This document shows positions 1-8,882 of a stretch of 64,000 bases of DNA, one piece after another; positions within the stretch are counted from its first letter, which is position 1, and each line of letters starts with the position of its first letter. The notes below the pieces were generated by a model that saw nothing but the letters and a program-made list of their open reading frames with translations, made no database searches and was not told the DNA's origin. The DNA comes from an uncultured Desulfarculus sp. (GTDB lineage: Bacteria; Desulfobacterota; Desulfarculia; Desulfarculales; Desulfarculaceae). The DNA is taken from positions 512,001 to 576,000 of the forward strand of contig CAXXUK010000001.1 of assembly GCA_963665125.2 (NCBI GenBank), read 5' to 3'. Made by a program: the position numbers and the translations under genes.

Positions 1-135
1 ATCCACGCCAACGGCAGTCGTTTCGCCACGGCCATGATGGGCCCGGATATCGGCGTGTTCGATAGCGGGCGCTGGCATTTGGCCCAGAACCTACGGCGCA
101 TCCAGGATTGGCTGAAAGCCAATGGCGGACAATAA
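1..135 (+). CDS. 3' end of a hypothetical protein (partial)
   Basis: Open frame from base 1 (IHANGSRFATAMMGPDIG...KANGGQ) to TAA at 133-135, 2 nt before the next ATG. Confidence 0.5.
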   Translation: MHANGSRFATAMMGPDIGVFDSGRWHLAQNLRRIQDWLKANGGQ

Positions 136-137
136 TC

Positions 138-458
138 ATGAGTGATGACGACCACCGCATCATCCACGTTGATTTCAGGGCCCGCCGGGACGACGAGTTG
201 TTGGACAACCTTGGCGAGTCCGTGAGGCGGGCCGTGGAGCGGCTGGCCGGCGAAGTGGCCGAAGACGGCGGCGACGAGGCTCTGGGCCAGCTGGGCCAGA
301 CCTTGATCACCCTGGGCGCTGGTATCGTGGCCCAGGTGGAGGGCCGGGATGAGTTGGGGCAGTTACTAATAGATCTGGCCACGGCATTGCAACTGGAAGA
401 AGCAAGACAAGAGCTAGAGGGGGTGTTTGCTGATGATGACGATGAACAAGACGATTAG
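138..458 (+). CDS. Acidic hypothetical protein
   Basis: ATG at 138 right after the upstream stop; MSDDDHRIIHVDF..., acidic tail; overlaps the next gene. Confidence 0.6.
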   Translation: MSDDDHRIIHVDFRARRDDELLDNLGESVRRAVERLAGEVAEDGGDEALGQLGQTLITLGAGIVAQVEGRDELGQLLIDLATALQLEEARQELEGVFADDDDEQDD

Positions 459-864
459 CCTGGCCGTAGCGGCGGTGCTGTTGATGATAACCTTGGCCGC
501 GGCGGCCCAGGCCGGTACTGAGGACAGTGAACAGGGCATGTTGACCCAGATCAAGGCGCAGTTGGCCAAGGCCAGCGACAGCGCCCGTATAGGGGCGGAC
601 GACCGCGGGGTGTGGCAGCGCGACGCCATTTTGGGACGCATGCGCTCCAACACCATGCGCGAAAAGTTCAAGGACCCGCTGCTGCGCTGGGAACAGATCG
701 ACGGCGCAAGGGTCAATGGCGATGAAGGTGATTATTGGGTGCAGGTGTCCTCGGTGCGCCTGCCCATGTTTTGGATCCGCCTGGGTTCGTTTACGGACAA
801 GGCCGATGCCCAGCGCCTGGCCGACCTGATATTGGACATGGCCAATTCCAGAAGCGGTGAATAG
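442..864 (+). CDS. Secreted hypothetical protein with a SPOR-like C-terminal motif
   Basis: Signal peptide MNKTISLAVAAVLL...AAAQA; C-terminal WIRLGSFTDKADAQRLA resembles a SPOR half-repeat. Confidence 0.6.
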   Translation: MNKTISLAVAAVLLMITLAAAAQAGTEDSEQGMLTQIKAQLAKASDSARIGADDRGVWQRDAILGRMRSNTMREKFKDPLLRWEQIDGARVNGDEGDYWVQVSSVRLPMFWIRLGSFTDKADAQRLADLILDMANSRSGE

Positions 865-909
865 CAATTTTAAAGGTTTAGCCAGCTTACGGGCTGCTTT
901 AAACGTATG

Positions 910-2610
910 CTAATCAGCCTTGACGGTGATCTCCGGCAGGGCTGCCCTGTCGCCCTTTATCAGGTTCACGGCTTGCCTGGGCGCGAAGGCCCGGCCCGTT
1001 TCCGGCACGTACACCGACAGGCCTTCCAACTTCACGTCCTTGCCGTCCAAGGTCATCTTGTTGGTGCCGGCCATTAGCACGGCCCGGCGCCCGCCATGCG
1101 TGATGGTGATGGTGGCCCTGGCGTTTTCCGGGGTCCGCACCTCCAATTTCCGGGGGCCGAAGGCCTTGTTCAGATCCACGAATAGACGCTGGTTGAGGCT
1201 GTACAGATCCAGGCCCATGGCCTCGGCGCATTTTTGGCCGATCTGAGGGGCGTCCAGCAGGCCCGAGGGCGCGCCGGGACCAAAGGCATACAGCGGAACA
1301 TCGTTGCCCACATGGCCGTGGGTGGTCCAGCCGATAAGGGTGTTGTCCCGGCAGATCACTTGGCCGATGCCGTAATGGGGCTCGAACTTGCCGGGATATT
1401 TTTGGGCCTTTGCCGCTATTTCAAATATTTCCGTGGCATGGTCGGCGGTGATCCGCTGACCCCAATACTGTTTGAGTAATTGCTCCAACATTTCCGTGTC
1501 CTGGCTGTCGCCCAGCTTTTGCCAGATTCCCCAGGCGCTTAGTTTCATATTGCGTATGGGAGCCAATAGAGCATCAAGTTGCATGGTCATGTAGTTGATG
1601 TCGGAGTTGCCGTTGCCAATGCTCAGACCACCGGTGTCGTGGTCGCTCAGGGCCACGACCAGGGTGCCGGGGTGCTGCTTGGCGAAATCCAGGGCGATTT
1701 GGCAGGCCTGGTCAAACTGGGTCAGCTCGCCCATGAGTTGGGCCGGGTCATTGGCGTGGGAGGCCCAGTCGATCTGACTGCCCTCGATCATCAGGAAGAA
1801 GCCGTCCGGATTTTGGCTGAGTATCTCCAGGGCCTTTCGGGCCATATCCGTCAGACTGGGCTGGTTTGGGGCGAATTCGCCGCTGTCGATCTGGGCGGCC
1901 ATGTGGCTCATGCCGAACATGCCGAACACCGGAGCCCTGGTCACCTTTTGCAACTCGGTTTTGTTGGTGGGCAGGCTGTAGCCCTTGGACCTGAGTTCTT
2001 TAACTAGGTCGCGGCCGTCTTTGCGCTTGCCGCCCTGTTCCTTGGGCAGGGCGTAACGCCTGCCGCCGCCCAGGGCCACATCCAGGCCCTGGTAAACCAT
2101 CTGCAACATGATTTCGTTTTCGCGTTTGCGAGATTCCACATGGGCGGCGTAGCCCGCCGGGGTGGCATGGGTGATGCGCGAGGTGGCGACCAGGCCGGTG
2201 GCCTTGCCCAAAAGCCGAGCGCCTTCCAGCACCGTGGCCAGGGGCACGTAGCGCTGGTCCGGGGGCACGGTTTCGGTCTTTGGCACGCTGCGCAAGGCCG
2301 TGCTGACGCTGATGACCCGGCCGCCGCTGCGCACGCCGGTGGCCAAGGCCGTGGCCGCCGGAGCGCTGTCGGCCACCACCGAATTGGCGATATAGGTCTT
2401 CACCGCGCCTTTAAGATATGGGTCCATGGCCAGGGGCCCGCCCTTCCACCAGCGCAGCAGGGTGTAGTGGGCCACGCCGCAGCCGTCGGCGATGAGCACG
2501 ATGACATTTTTGGCCTCGGCCGGTTGCGCGGCTGATTGAACGGGTAGGCCGGCGATCAGCGATATGGCGATGAACAAGGCCGCCAGGGCCGCCGTAAATC
2601 TGCGCTTCAT
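910..2610 (-). CDS. Alkaline phosphatase with an extra C-terminal domain
   Basis: Signal peptide; NVIVLIADG, VADSAPAAT (catalytic Ser), THATPA, EGSQIDWASHAND, DHDTGG, GH motifs. Confidence 0.92.
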   Translation of the reverse strand: MKRRFTAALAALFIAISLIAGLPVQSAAQPAEAKNVIVLIADGCGVAHYTLLRWWKGGPLAMDPYLKGAVKTYIANSVVADSAPAATALATGVRSGGRVISVSTALRSVPKTETVPPDQRYVPLATVLEGARLLGKATGLVATSRITHATPAGYAAHVESRKRENEIMLQMVYQGLDVALGGGRRYALPKEQGGKRKDGRDLVKELRSKGYSLPTNKTELQKVTRAPVFGMFGMSHMAAQIDSGEFAPNQPSLTDMARKALEILSQNPDGFFLMIEGSQIDWASHANDPAQLMGELTQFDQACQIALDFAKQHPGTLVVALSDHDTGGLSIGNGNSDINYMTMQLDALLAPIRNMKLSAWGIWQKLGDSQDTEMLEQLLKQYWGQRITADHATEIFEIAAKAQKYPGKFEPHYGIGQVICRDNTLIGWTTHGHVGNDVPLYAFGPGAPSGLLDAPQIGQKCAEAMGLDLYSLNQRLFVDLNKAFGPRKLEVRTPENARATITITHGGRRAVLMAGTNKMTLDGKDVKLEGLSVYVPETGRAFAPRQAVNLIKGDRAALPEITVKAD

Positions 2611-2703
2611 TTGGCACTCCCTATGATTGTGGCTCATGCGGCGACATGATCGTTGGTTGATTATACGGCTGGTGCGCTACGGGGGCGTTACATATGGGTG
2701 AAA

Positions 2704-3348
2704 TCAGACGCCCCTTGCCTCCGGCGGCCAGATGAATTTGTGCATCTGCAACTGGAACCTCGCCTTGATCCCGTCTTCGAGCATCCACCGGACCACTTGG
2801 CTGGGCTCCAGCCGGCCGTGAACCATGCTGAGCAGGATTTCGGCCCTTTCCGCGAGGCCGTGGCGGCCGATAACCTGCCGGGCGTATTCATAGTCAGGCC
2901 GGTCGGCCAAAACAAACTTGATCTGGGACTTGGGGGGCAGATTGTCCAGGTTGGCCCAGCGCATGGCCCGGTCCATGCCCGAGCCGGGGCACTTGATGTC
3001 CATGATCACCCGAACGCGGTCATCGACCACTGAAATGTCCTCGGCGCCGTTGGTCTCCAAAAGTACCCCATAGCCCGCGTCGCACAAGGCCGTCAACAGA
3101 GCCGGGCAGCCTTCCTGGGCCAGGGGCTCGCCGCCGGTCACTTCAACAAGGTCCACGCCCAGGGCGGCCACCTCGGCCAGGATCGCCTCCATGGTCATGG
3201 TTCGGCCTTCGGTCTTGGCATAGGCCGTGTCGCACCAGCGGCAATCAAGGGGGCAGCCCGACAGGCGCACGAAAGCGCAGGGCAGACCGGCATATGTGGA
3301 TTCGCCCTGGATGCTTTTGAATATTTCGCAGACCTTCAGTTCGGTCAT
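2704..3348 (-). CDS. queE: 7-carboxy-7-deazaguanine synthase (radical SAM)
   Basis: EIFKSIQGES, CPLDCRWCDT, VTGGEPL, LETNG, QLQMHK motifs. Confidence 0.9.
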   Translation of the reverse strand: MTELKVCEIFKSIQGESTYAGLPCAFVRLSGCPLDCRWCDTAYAKTEGRTMTMEAILAEVAALGVDLVEVTGGEPLAQEGCPALLTALCDAGYGVLLETNGAEDISVVDDRVRVIMDIKCPGSGMDRAMRWANLDNLPPKSQIKFVLADRPDYEYARQVIGRHGLAERAEILLSMVHGRLEPSQVVRWMLEDGIKARFQLQMHKFIWPPEARGV

Positions 3349-3372
3349 GGTTTGCGCTCGCAAATAAAAAAG

Positions 3373-3399
3373 GCGAAGCAGGTGTTACCCCGCTTCGCC
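3373..3399 (-). terminator. Hairpin downstream of the cyclodeaminase/cyclohydrolase gene
   Basis: GGCGAAGC...GCTTCGCC inverted repeat with an A-run on the left (U-tract on the - strand). Confidence 0.55.
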
Positions 3400-3422
3400 C
3401 ATTATAGACCTTTGCCGATGGA

Positions 3423-4058
3423 TTAGCCCATCTTCTCCTTGACCCGGGCCATGGCCAGGGTGCACAGGTGGTCGGCTTCCATGAACAGGCGAGCCTTTTC
3501 GGCCTTGGCAGCGCCCACGAAATCCTGGTCCTTGATGCCGGGCAGGTTGATGTCAACGCTGAGCATGCAGCTCTTCATGGCCGCCACGGCGGTCATGGCG
3601 CCGACGCCCACGTCGCTGATGGCCATCTTGTTGCCGTACTTGGAGAGCTTTTCGGCCTCGACACAAATCTCCAGGCAGGCGCGGCAGATGTCCAGGGGCA
3701 CGTTGGTGGCGTTCTTGCCGGCCTCTTCCATGGCCGCGGCCTTGGCCTTCTTCTGTTCGTCGGTTTCCTTGGGCATGCGGTACACCTGCATGTAGGCGTC
3801 AAAGGCTTCCATGTCCTTGATGGTCAGGGACTTGAGCTTTTCGATGATCGCCTCGCAAGCGGCCACGGCCTCTTTGGCCTGGTCTTCAAAATCCAGATAG
3901 GCCTTTTTGCCCACGGTGAGGTTGGCGACCATGCAGACCATGGAGCAGGCCAGTGTGGCCACCGCTGCCGAGACGTTGCCGCCGCCCGGGGCGTGGCTGT
4001 CGCTGGCGGCGTCGGCGATGAAGTCGCTGAAGACCATATCGTAAACGTTTTTAACCAT
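3423..4058 (-). CDS. fchA: Cyclodeaminase/methenyl-THF cyclohydrolase family protein (FTCD_C)
   Basis: APGGGNVSA, NLTVGKK, GNKMAISDVGVG, VDINL motifs; directly downstream of folD. Confidence 0.8.
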   Translation of the reverse strand: MVKNVYDMVFSDFIADAASDSHAPGGGNVSAAVATLACSMVCMVANLTVGKKAYLDFEDQAKEAVAACEAIIEKLKSLTIKDMEAFDAYMQVYRMPKETDEQKKAKAAAMEEAGKNATNVPLDICRACLEICVEAEKLSKYGNKMAISDVGVGAMTAVAAMKSCMLSVDINLPGIKDQDFVGAAKAEKARLFMEADHLCTLAMARVKEKMG

Positions 4059-4091
4059 TTTTATCCTCCGCTATTGGCCGGGCTTAAAGGC

Positions 4092-4952
4092 TTAGGCCAA
4101 GCCCTGCAGGCCGATGGCCTTGAGGGTGTTCTGCATGATGATGGTGGTGGTCAGCGAACCCACGCCGCCGGGAACCGGGCTCATGAAGGCGGCCACTTCT
4201 TCAACGTCCGGGGCCACGTCGCCGCAGATGCCCTTGCCGTCAGGGGTGGGGTTGATGCCCGCGTCGATGACGGTGGTGCCTTCGGCGATCATGTCCTTCT
4301 TGACCAGGCCGGCGAAACCGGCGGCAGCCACGACGATCTCGCCGCGCTTACACTCGGCAGGCAGATCCTTGGTGCGGGTGTGGCACACGGTAATGGTGGC
4401 GTTGCGCTTGATCAGCAGGCTGGCCAGGGGACGGCCCACGGTGTCGCCACGGCCGACCAGGGTGACGCGCTTGCCGGACAGGTCGATGCCCGCGCGTTCC
4501 ATCAGGGCCACGCAACTCAGCGGGGTGGCCGGAACCAAAGCCAGGTGCTCCTGGCCGCCCAGCAGGTAGCCGCGGTTGACCGGATGCACGCCGTCGACGT
4601 CCTTCTTCGGGTCGATGGACTCCATGACTTTTTCTTTGCTCAGGTGCTTGGGCAGGGGAAGCTCAACCAGGATGCCGTGAACCTTGGGGTCGGCATTCCA
4701 GGCCTGGACCTGGGCCAGAACGTCTTCTTCGCTGCTGTCGGCGGGCATGACCTTCAGATCGACGTCGACACCAAGGCCGCCGCCGACCTTGACCTTGGAC
4801 TGGGCGTAGACGACACTGGCTTCGTCGTCGCCAACCAGCAGCACGGCCAGCTTGGGCTCAATGCCCTTTGCTTTCAAGGCTTCTACATCTTTGGTGATTT
4901 CTACACGGATCTCTTTAGCGATGGGCAAACCCTTAATCAGCTCAGCCGGCAT
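4092..4952 (-). CDS. folD: Methylene-THF dehydrogenase(/cyclohydrolase)
   Basis: KDVDGVHP, PATP, VGRPLA, ATITVCH, IDAGIN, PVPGGVG motifs. Confidence 0.92.
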   Translation of the reverse strand: MPAELIKGLPIAKEIRVEITKDVEALKAKGIEPKLAVLLVGDDEASVVYAQSKVKVGGGLGVDVDLKVMPADSSEEDVLAQVQAWNADPKVHGILVELPLPKHLSKEKVMESIDPKKDVDGVHPVNRGYLLGGQEHLALVPATPLSCVALMERAGIDLSGKRVTLVGRGDTVGRPLASLLIKRNATITVCHTRTKDLPAECKRGEIVVAAAGFAGLVKKDMIAEGTTVIDAGINPTPDGKGICGDVAPDVEEVAAFMSPVPGGVGSLTTTIIMQNTLKAIGLQGLA

Positions 4953-5135
4953 TGCCGTCTCCTTTCTAAACAGAAAAACGAGGGTCAAGCCTCTTGTGAG
5001 GCTCGGCGCAAATAATTATTCATTAAAAGGGCCAACGGCCCCGGCACAAAACACCATAGCTGGGGGGGGCTGTCAATAAATTTCTTACAACCCCGGAAAA
5101 GTGTGTGTATTTTTTGTTTAGAACGGATGTTCGGC

Positions 5136-5164
5136 TTGACAGGCGGGACCCTGGCGGCTATTTG
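5136..5164 (+). promoter_or_regulatory. Candidate sigma70 promoter for panBE
   Basis: TTGACA at 5136-5141, 17-nt spacer, weak -10 TATTTG. Confidence 0.4.
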
Positions 5165-5177
5165 TTGAACATTGTTT

Positions 5178-5285
5178 GCGGCGCCTTTGGGCAAGACCGC
5201 TTGGATCAGAAACTGACCGAGACGGTGCACGTTGGCTCCCCATGGTGGGGATACGTGTGCCCGGTCAGGCGCCGCTTTTGTTTTT
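5178..5285 (+). ncRNA. Structured 5' leader of panB (pan-motif-like candidate)
   Basis: Long bulged hairpin CTGACCG(5213)...CGGTCAG(5268) and a GCGGCGCCT/AGGCGCCGC stem followed by a U-rich tract. Confidence 0.5.
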
Positions 5286-5304
5286 ACTCCGTAGGAGAGG
5301 ATCA

Positions 5305-6144
5305 ATGCTGCAAAAAAAAGTAACAATCCCGGACCTCTACCAGAAAAAAGCCAACAATGAAAAGGTCACCATGCTCACGGCTTATGACTATCCCACCGCC
5401 AGGGTGATGGATGAAGCCGGTGTGGACACTGTGTTGGTGGGCGACAGCCTGGGCATGGTCTGCCTGGGTTACGACTCCACGGTGCCGGTGACCATGGACG
5501 AGATGATCCATCACGTCAAGGCCGTGCGCCGGGGGCTTAAAAACGCCCTTTTGATAGGCGACATGCCGTTCATGAGCTACCAGGTTTCAGTAGAAGAGGC
5601 CGTGCGCAACGCCGGGCGCTTCATGAAAGAGGGCGGCTGCGACATGGTCAAGCTCGAAGGCGGCACGGAGATGGTGCCCGTGGTCGAGGCCATTACCAAA
5701 GCGGGCATCCCGGTCTGCGCCCATATCGGCCTGACGCCCCAGAGCGTATCCAAGCTGGGCGGCTACAAGGTCCAGGGCAAGGACATCTCCGGAGCCCAGA
5801 AACTGGTGGACGACGCCAAGGCCCTGGAGGCCGCCGGCGCCGACATGATCGTCTTCGAATGCATCCCCACACCCCTGGCCACGGCTATCACCAAGGCCGT
5901 CAAGATGGTCACCATCGGTATCGGCGGCGGACCGGGCTGTGACGGCCAGGTCTTGGTGTATCACGACATCATGGGCCTTTCGGGCCGACGCGTGCCCAAG
6001 ATGGCCAAGCCTTACATGGACCTGTTCAGCCAGCTCACCGAGGCCGTAAGCACCTATTGCAAGGAAGTGGCCGAGGGCAGCTTCCCGGCCGAGGAACACG
6101 GCTTTGAAATGGATCAGTCCATCGTGGACCAACTCAAGTTCTAG
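5305..6144 (+). CDS. panB: 3-methyl-2-oxobutanoate hydroxymethyltransferase
   Basis: LTAYDY, LVGDSLGM, GDMPFMSY, VKLEGG, HIGLTPQ, CDGQVLV; RBS AGGAGAGG. Confidence 0.96.
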   Translation: MLQKKVTIPDLYQKKANNEKVTMLTAYDYPTARVMDEAGVDTVLVGDSLGMVCLGYDSTVPVTMDEMIHHVKAVRRGLKNALLIGDMPFMSYQVSVEEAVRNAGRFMKEGGCDMVKLEGGTEMVPVVEAITKAGIPVCAHIGLTPQSVSKLGGYKVQGKDISGAQKLVDDAKALEAAGADMIVFECIPTPLATAITKAVKMVTIGIGGGPGCDGQVLVYHDIMGLSGRRVPKMAKPYMDLFSQLTEAVSTYCKEVAEGSFPAEEHGFEMDQSIVDQLKF

Positions 6145-6153
6145 GGGGAACCC

Positions 6154-7074
6154 ATGCGCATAGCAATCGTGGGGCCCGGTTCAATGGGCCTGCTCTTTGC
6201 CTGCCGTCTGGCCCAGGCCGGCGCCGATGTGTTCCTGCTGGACTATAAATCAGAGCGTGCCGAGGCCATCACTGCCCAGGGCGTGGTCATTGAAGACGAC
6301 AGTGGCAGCCAGACCGTCAAGGTCCAGGCAACGGCCGATCCGGCCGAGCTGGCCAGCGCCGATCTGGCTCTGGTCTGCGTCAAGGCCTATCGCACCGCCG
6401 AGGTGGCCAATTTGCTGGCCAGGCATTTGCCCCAAGGCGCCCGGGCCATGACCGTGCAAAACGGCGCGGGCAACGTGGAGATCCTGGCAGAGGCCCTGGG
6501 GCCCCAGCGGGTCCTGGGCGGCATCACCAGCGAAGGGGCCAACATCCTGGGTCCGGGACATGTGCGCCATGCGGGCCGTGGGCTGACCCACGTCGGCCCC
6601 ATGGACGGCGCGCCGGATGAATTCTGCACCCAGGTCAATGATCTTCTGATCAAGGCCGGATTTGATTCATCCCTGGCCGAGGGCGTACAGAACCTGATCT
6701 GGACCAAGCTGGTCATCAATGTGGGCATCAACCCGCTGACCGCCATCCTCGACGTGCCCAACGGGCAACTGGTCGAGGCCGAGGCCAGCGCCCGCCTGAT
6801 GGAGCTTGCCGTGGCCGAGGCCGTTGCCGTGGGCAAGGCCAAGGACGTGCGGTTCCTGCACGAGGACATGTTGGCGGCGGTGCAGGACGTTTCCCGCCGC
6901 ACGGCCAAGAACGTCAGTTCCATGCGGGCCGATGTACTGGCCAAACGCCAGACCGAGGTGGAGTTCATCAACGGCATCATCTGCCGGGCCGGAGCCGAGG
7001 CCAACGTGCCCACACCGGTAAACGAGGCACTGACCTTGATGGTCAAGGCCATCGAAGATAAAAACCGCCAGTAA
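6154..7074 (+). CDS. panE: 2-dehydropantoate 2-reductase
   Basis: GPGSMG Rossmann motif, VKAY, QNG, WTKLVINVGINPL, SSMRAD, TEVEFING. Confidence 0.92.
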   Translation: MRIAIVGPGSMGLLFACRLAQAGADVFLLDYKSERAEAITAQGVVIEDDSGSQTVKVQATADPAELASADLALVCVKAYRTAEVANLLARHLPQGARAMTVQNGAGNVEILAEALGPQRVLGGITSEGANILGPGHVRHAGRGLTHVGPMDGAPDEFCTQVNDLLIKAGFDSSLAEGVQNLIWTKLVINVGINPLTAILDVPNGQLVEAEASARLMELAVAEAVAVGKAKDVRFLHEDMLAAVQDVSRRTAKNVSSMRADVLAKRQTEVEFINGIICRAGAEANVPTPVNEALTLMVKAIEDKNRQ

Positions 7075-7081
7075 TGCAACC

Positions 7082-7117
7082 GGGAGCCTTGCCGTCAGGC
7101 GGGGCTCCCTTTCTTTT
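7082..7117 (+). terminator. Rho-independent terminator after panE
   Basis: GGGAGCC...GGCTCCC followed by TTTCTTTT. Confidence 0.75.
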
Positions 7118-7243
7118 CGGCAATCCCCGTCATAATATCCACTAGATCAATATAATTAATTGACTCGATAATCATTCTCGATTTATAATTTCTTATCAAG
7201 CAATGAGCAAAAATTTATTCCTACCAAACTTAGAGACAAGGCA

Positions 7244-7651
7244 ATGGCTTATATGCAATGGGGCCCGCAGTATGTTTTGGGCATCAAGGATATTGACAAT
7301 GAACATCAAAAGCTGGTGAACATGATCAATGACCTTTACGAAGCCATGAGCCAGGGCAAGGGCGACGATGTTCTTGGCCGGGTGCTGGGTGGTTTGGTCA
7401 ACTACTGCGCTACCCATTTCGCCACGGAAGAAAAATACATGCAAAAATGCGGATATGAGGATTTTGCGGAACATAAACGCATCCACGACGGGCTCACCAG
7501 CAAGGTGAAATCGCTTTTCAATGATTTCAACTCGGGCAAGGCGAAAATGAGCTTGAGTGTGACGACTTTCCTCAAGGACTGGCTCAATAAGCACATCCTG
7601 CAAACGGACAAGAATTATGTCCAGTGCATGAAGGCTGCCGGTATCAGCTAG
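7244..7651 (+). CDS. Bacteriohemerythrin
   Basis: W...G..IDNEH, HFATEE, EHKRIH, WLNKHILQTD ligand pattern. Confidence 0.93.
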   Translation: MAYMQWGPQYVLGIKDIDNEHQKLVNMINDLYEAMSQGKGDDVLGRVLGGLVNYCATHFATEEKYMQKCGYEDFAEHKRIHDGLTSKVKSLFNDFNSGKAKMSLSVTTFLKDWLNKHILQTDKNYVQCMKAAGIS

Positions 7652-7685
7652 CAGGCCCATCTAGGGGGCAAGGCGGGAGCAAGAG

Positions 7686-7719
7686 CGCGGGGGCTCATCC
7701 CAAGGGAAGAGCCCCCGCG
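7686..7719. terminator. Hairpin between convergent genes
   Basis: CGCGGGGGCTC...GAGCCCCCGCG inverted repeat. Confidence 0.6.
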
Positions 7720-7724
7720 GCCGT

Positions 7725-8882
7725 TTATTGGTTCAGAGCCAATTCGGCCAGGTCAACGACCTTCAATTGGTCATCCAATTCCTCGGCTTTTACCGCGTCG
7801 CCGAGCATTTTCAGGCAATTGGGGCAGGCCACGGCCAACACTTCTGCGCCTGTGGCCGCCGCTTCCAGGACCCTGGCCCTGGCCGGGGCATTGGGTCCGG
7901 AGCCAACGATATCGGTGAAGAAGTTTCCGCCGCCGCCGCCGCAACACAGGGCGTTTTTCCGGGAACGGCCCATCTCCACGGTCTCCACGCCGGGGATGTT
8001 TTTAAGCACATTGCGCGGAGCATTGAATTGACCGTTGTGTCGGCCCAGATAACAGGGATCGTGGAACGCCACCTTTACCGGCCGGTCTTGGCCCTTGGGC
8101 GGATTGGCCCGCAGCGATTTGGCCAGGACCTCGCTGTAGTGCTGGACCTGGAAATCGCAGCCAAGTTCGGGATACAGGTTTTTGATGGCGTGATAGGCGT
8201 GGGGATCAAGGGTGATGATCTTGCTGACGCCTAAATCATGCCACTGCTCGATATTCTGCTTGGCCAGCAGCTCAAAGAGCATCTTTTCGCCAAGGGCCAT
8301 GACATCGTTGCCGTCGGCGTGTTCATCGGCGCCCAGGATGCCCACATCGACTCCGCTGGCCTTAAGGGCCTTGGCCACGGAGGCGGCCATCTTTTGGGCC
8401 CGTTCGTCGTATGAACCCACGTCGCCGATATACAGCAGGTACTCCTGGCCGTTGTACGCGGGCAGTCCCAGTCCCTTGGCCCAATCGCCCCTGGCTTCCT
8501 GGGGCAGCTTGTAGGGGTTGCCGTTTACGTGCATGGCCTTGAAGTAGTCGCGCACGGCCGGAGGCACGTCGCCCTCTTCGGCCAGCAGGCAACGGGCCGC
8601 TGTGAAGGCGTCCAGAAGGAGATCCTTGAACTTGGGCATTACGCAGTGTTCAACGCAGTTGCCGCAGGTGGCGCAGGAATACATTATTTCCTGAAAGCGG
8701 GGGCTGGTTTGAAGCTCACCGTCCAGCCAGGCCCGCAACAGCCACATGCGCCCGCCGGGCGAAAATGTCTCGAAACGGTATTTTAGATATGATGGGCAGT
8801 TAAGATCCGTGAAATCGCTGGGCATTTTGCAATAACCGCAGCGGAAACAGCGGTGGAGTATTTCGGAATGCTGCATCTCCAT
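7725..8882 (-). CDS. Fe-S/CCG-domain oxidoreductase subunit (GlcF/HdrD-like)
   Basis: CFRCGYC, CATCGNC 4Fe-4S motifs; FHDPCYLGR, CCGGGGG, ACPNC. Confidence 0.85.
   Translation of the reverse strand: MEMQHSEILHRCFRCGYCKMPSDFTDLNCPSYLKYRFETFSPGGRMWLLRAWLDGELQTSPRFQEIMYSCATCGNCVEHCVMPKFKDLLLDAFTAARCLLAEEGDVPPAVRDYFKAMHVNGNPYKLPQEARGDWAKGLGLPAYNGQEYLLYIGDVGSYDERAQKMAASVAKALKASGVDVGILGADEHADGNDVMALGEKMLFELLAKQNIEQWHDLGVSKIITLDPHAYHAIKNLYPELGCDFQVQHYSEVLAKSLRANPPKGQDRPVKVAFHDPCYLGRHNGQFNAPRNVLKNIPGVETVEMGRSRKNALCCGGGGGNFFTDIVGSGPNAPARARVLEAAATGAEVLAVACPNCLKMLGDAVKAEELDDQLKVVDLAELALNQ

Noticed and set aside
1..864. Prophage end
   Set aside because: Three tightly packed hypothetical genes, but no phage hallmark gene or att site is visible.
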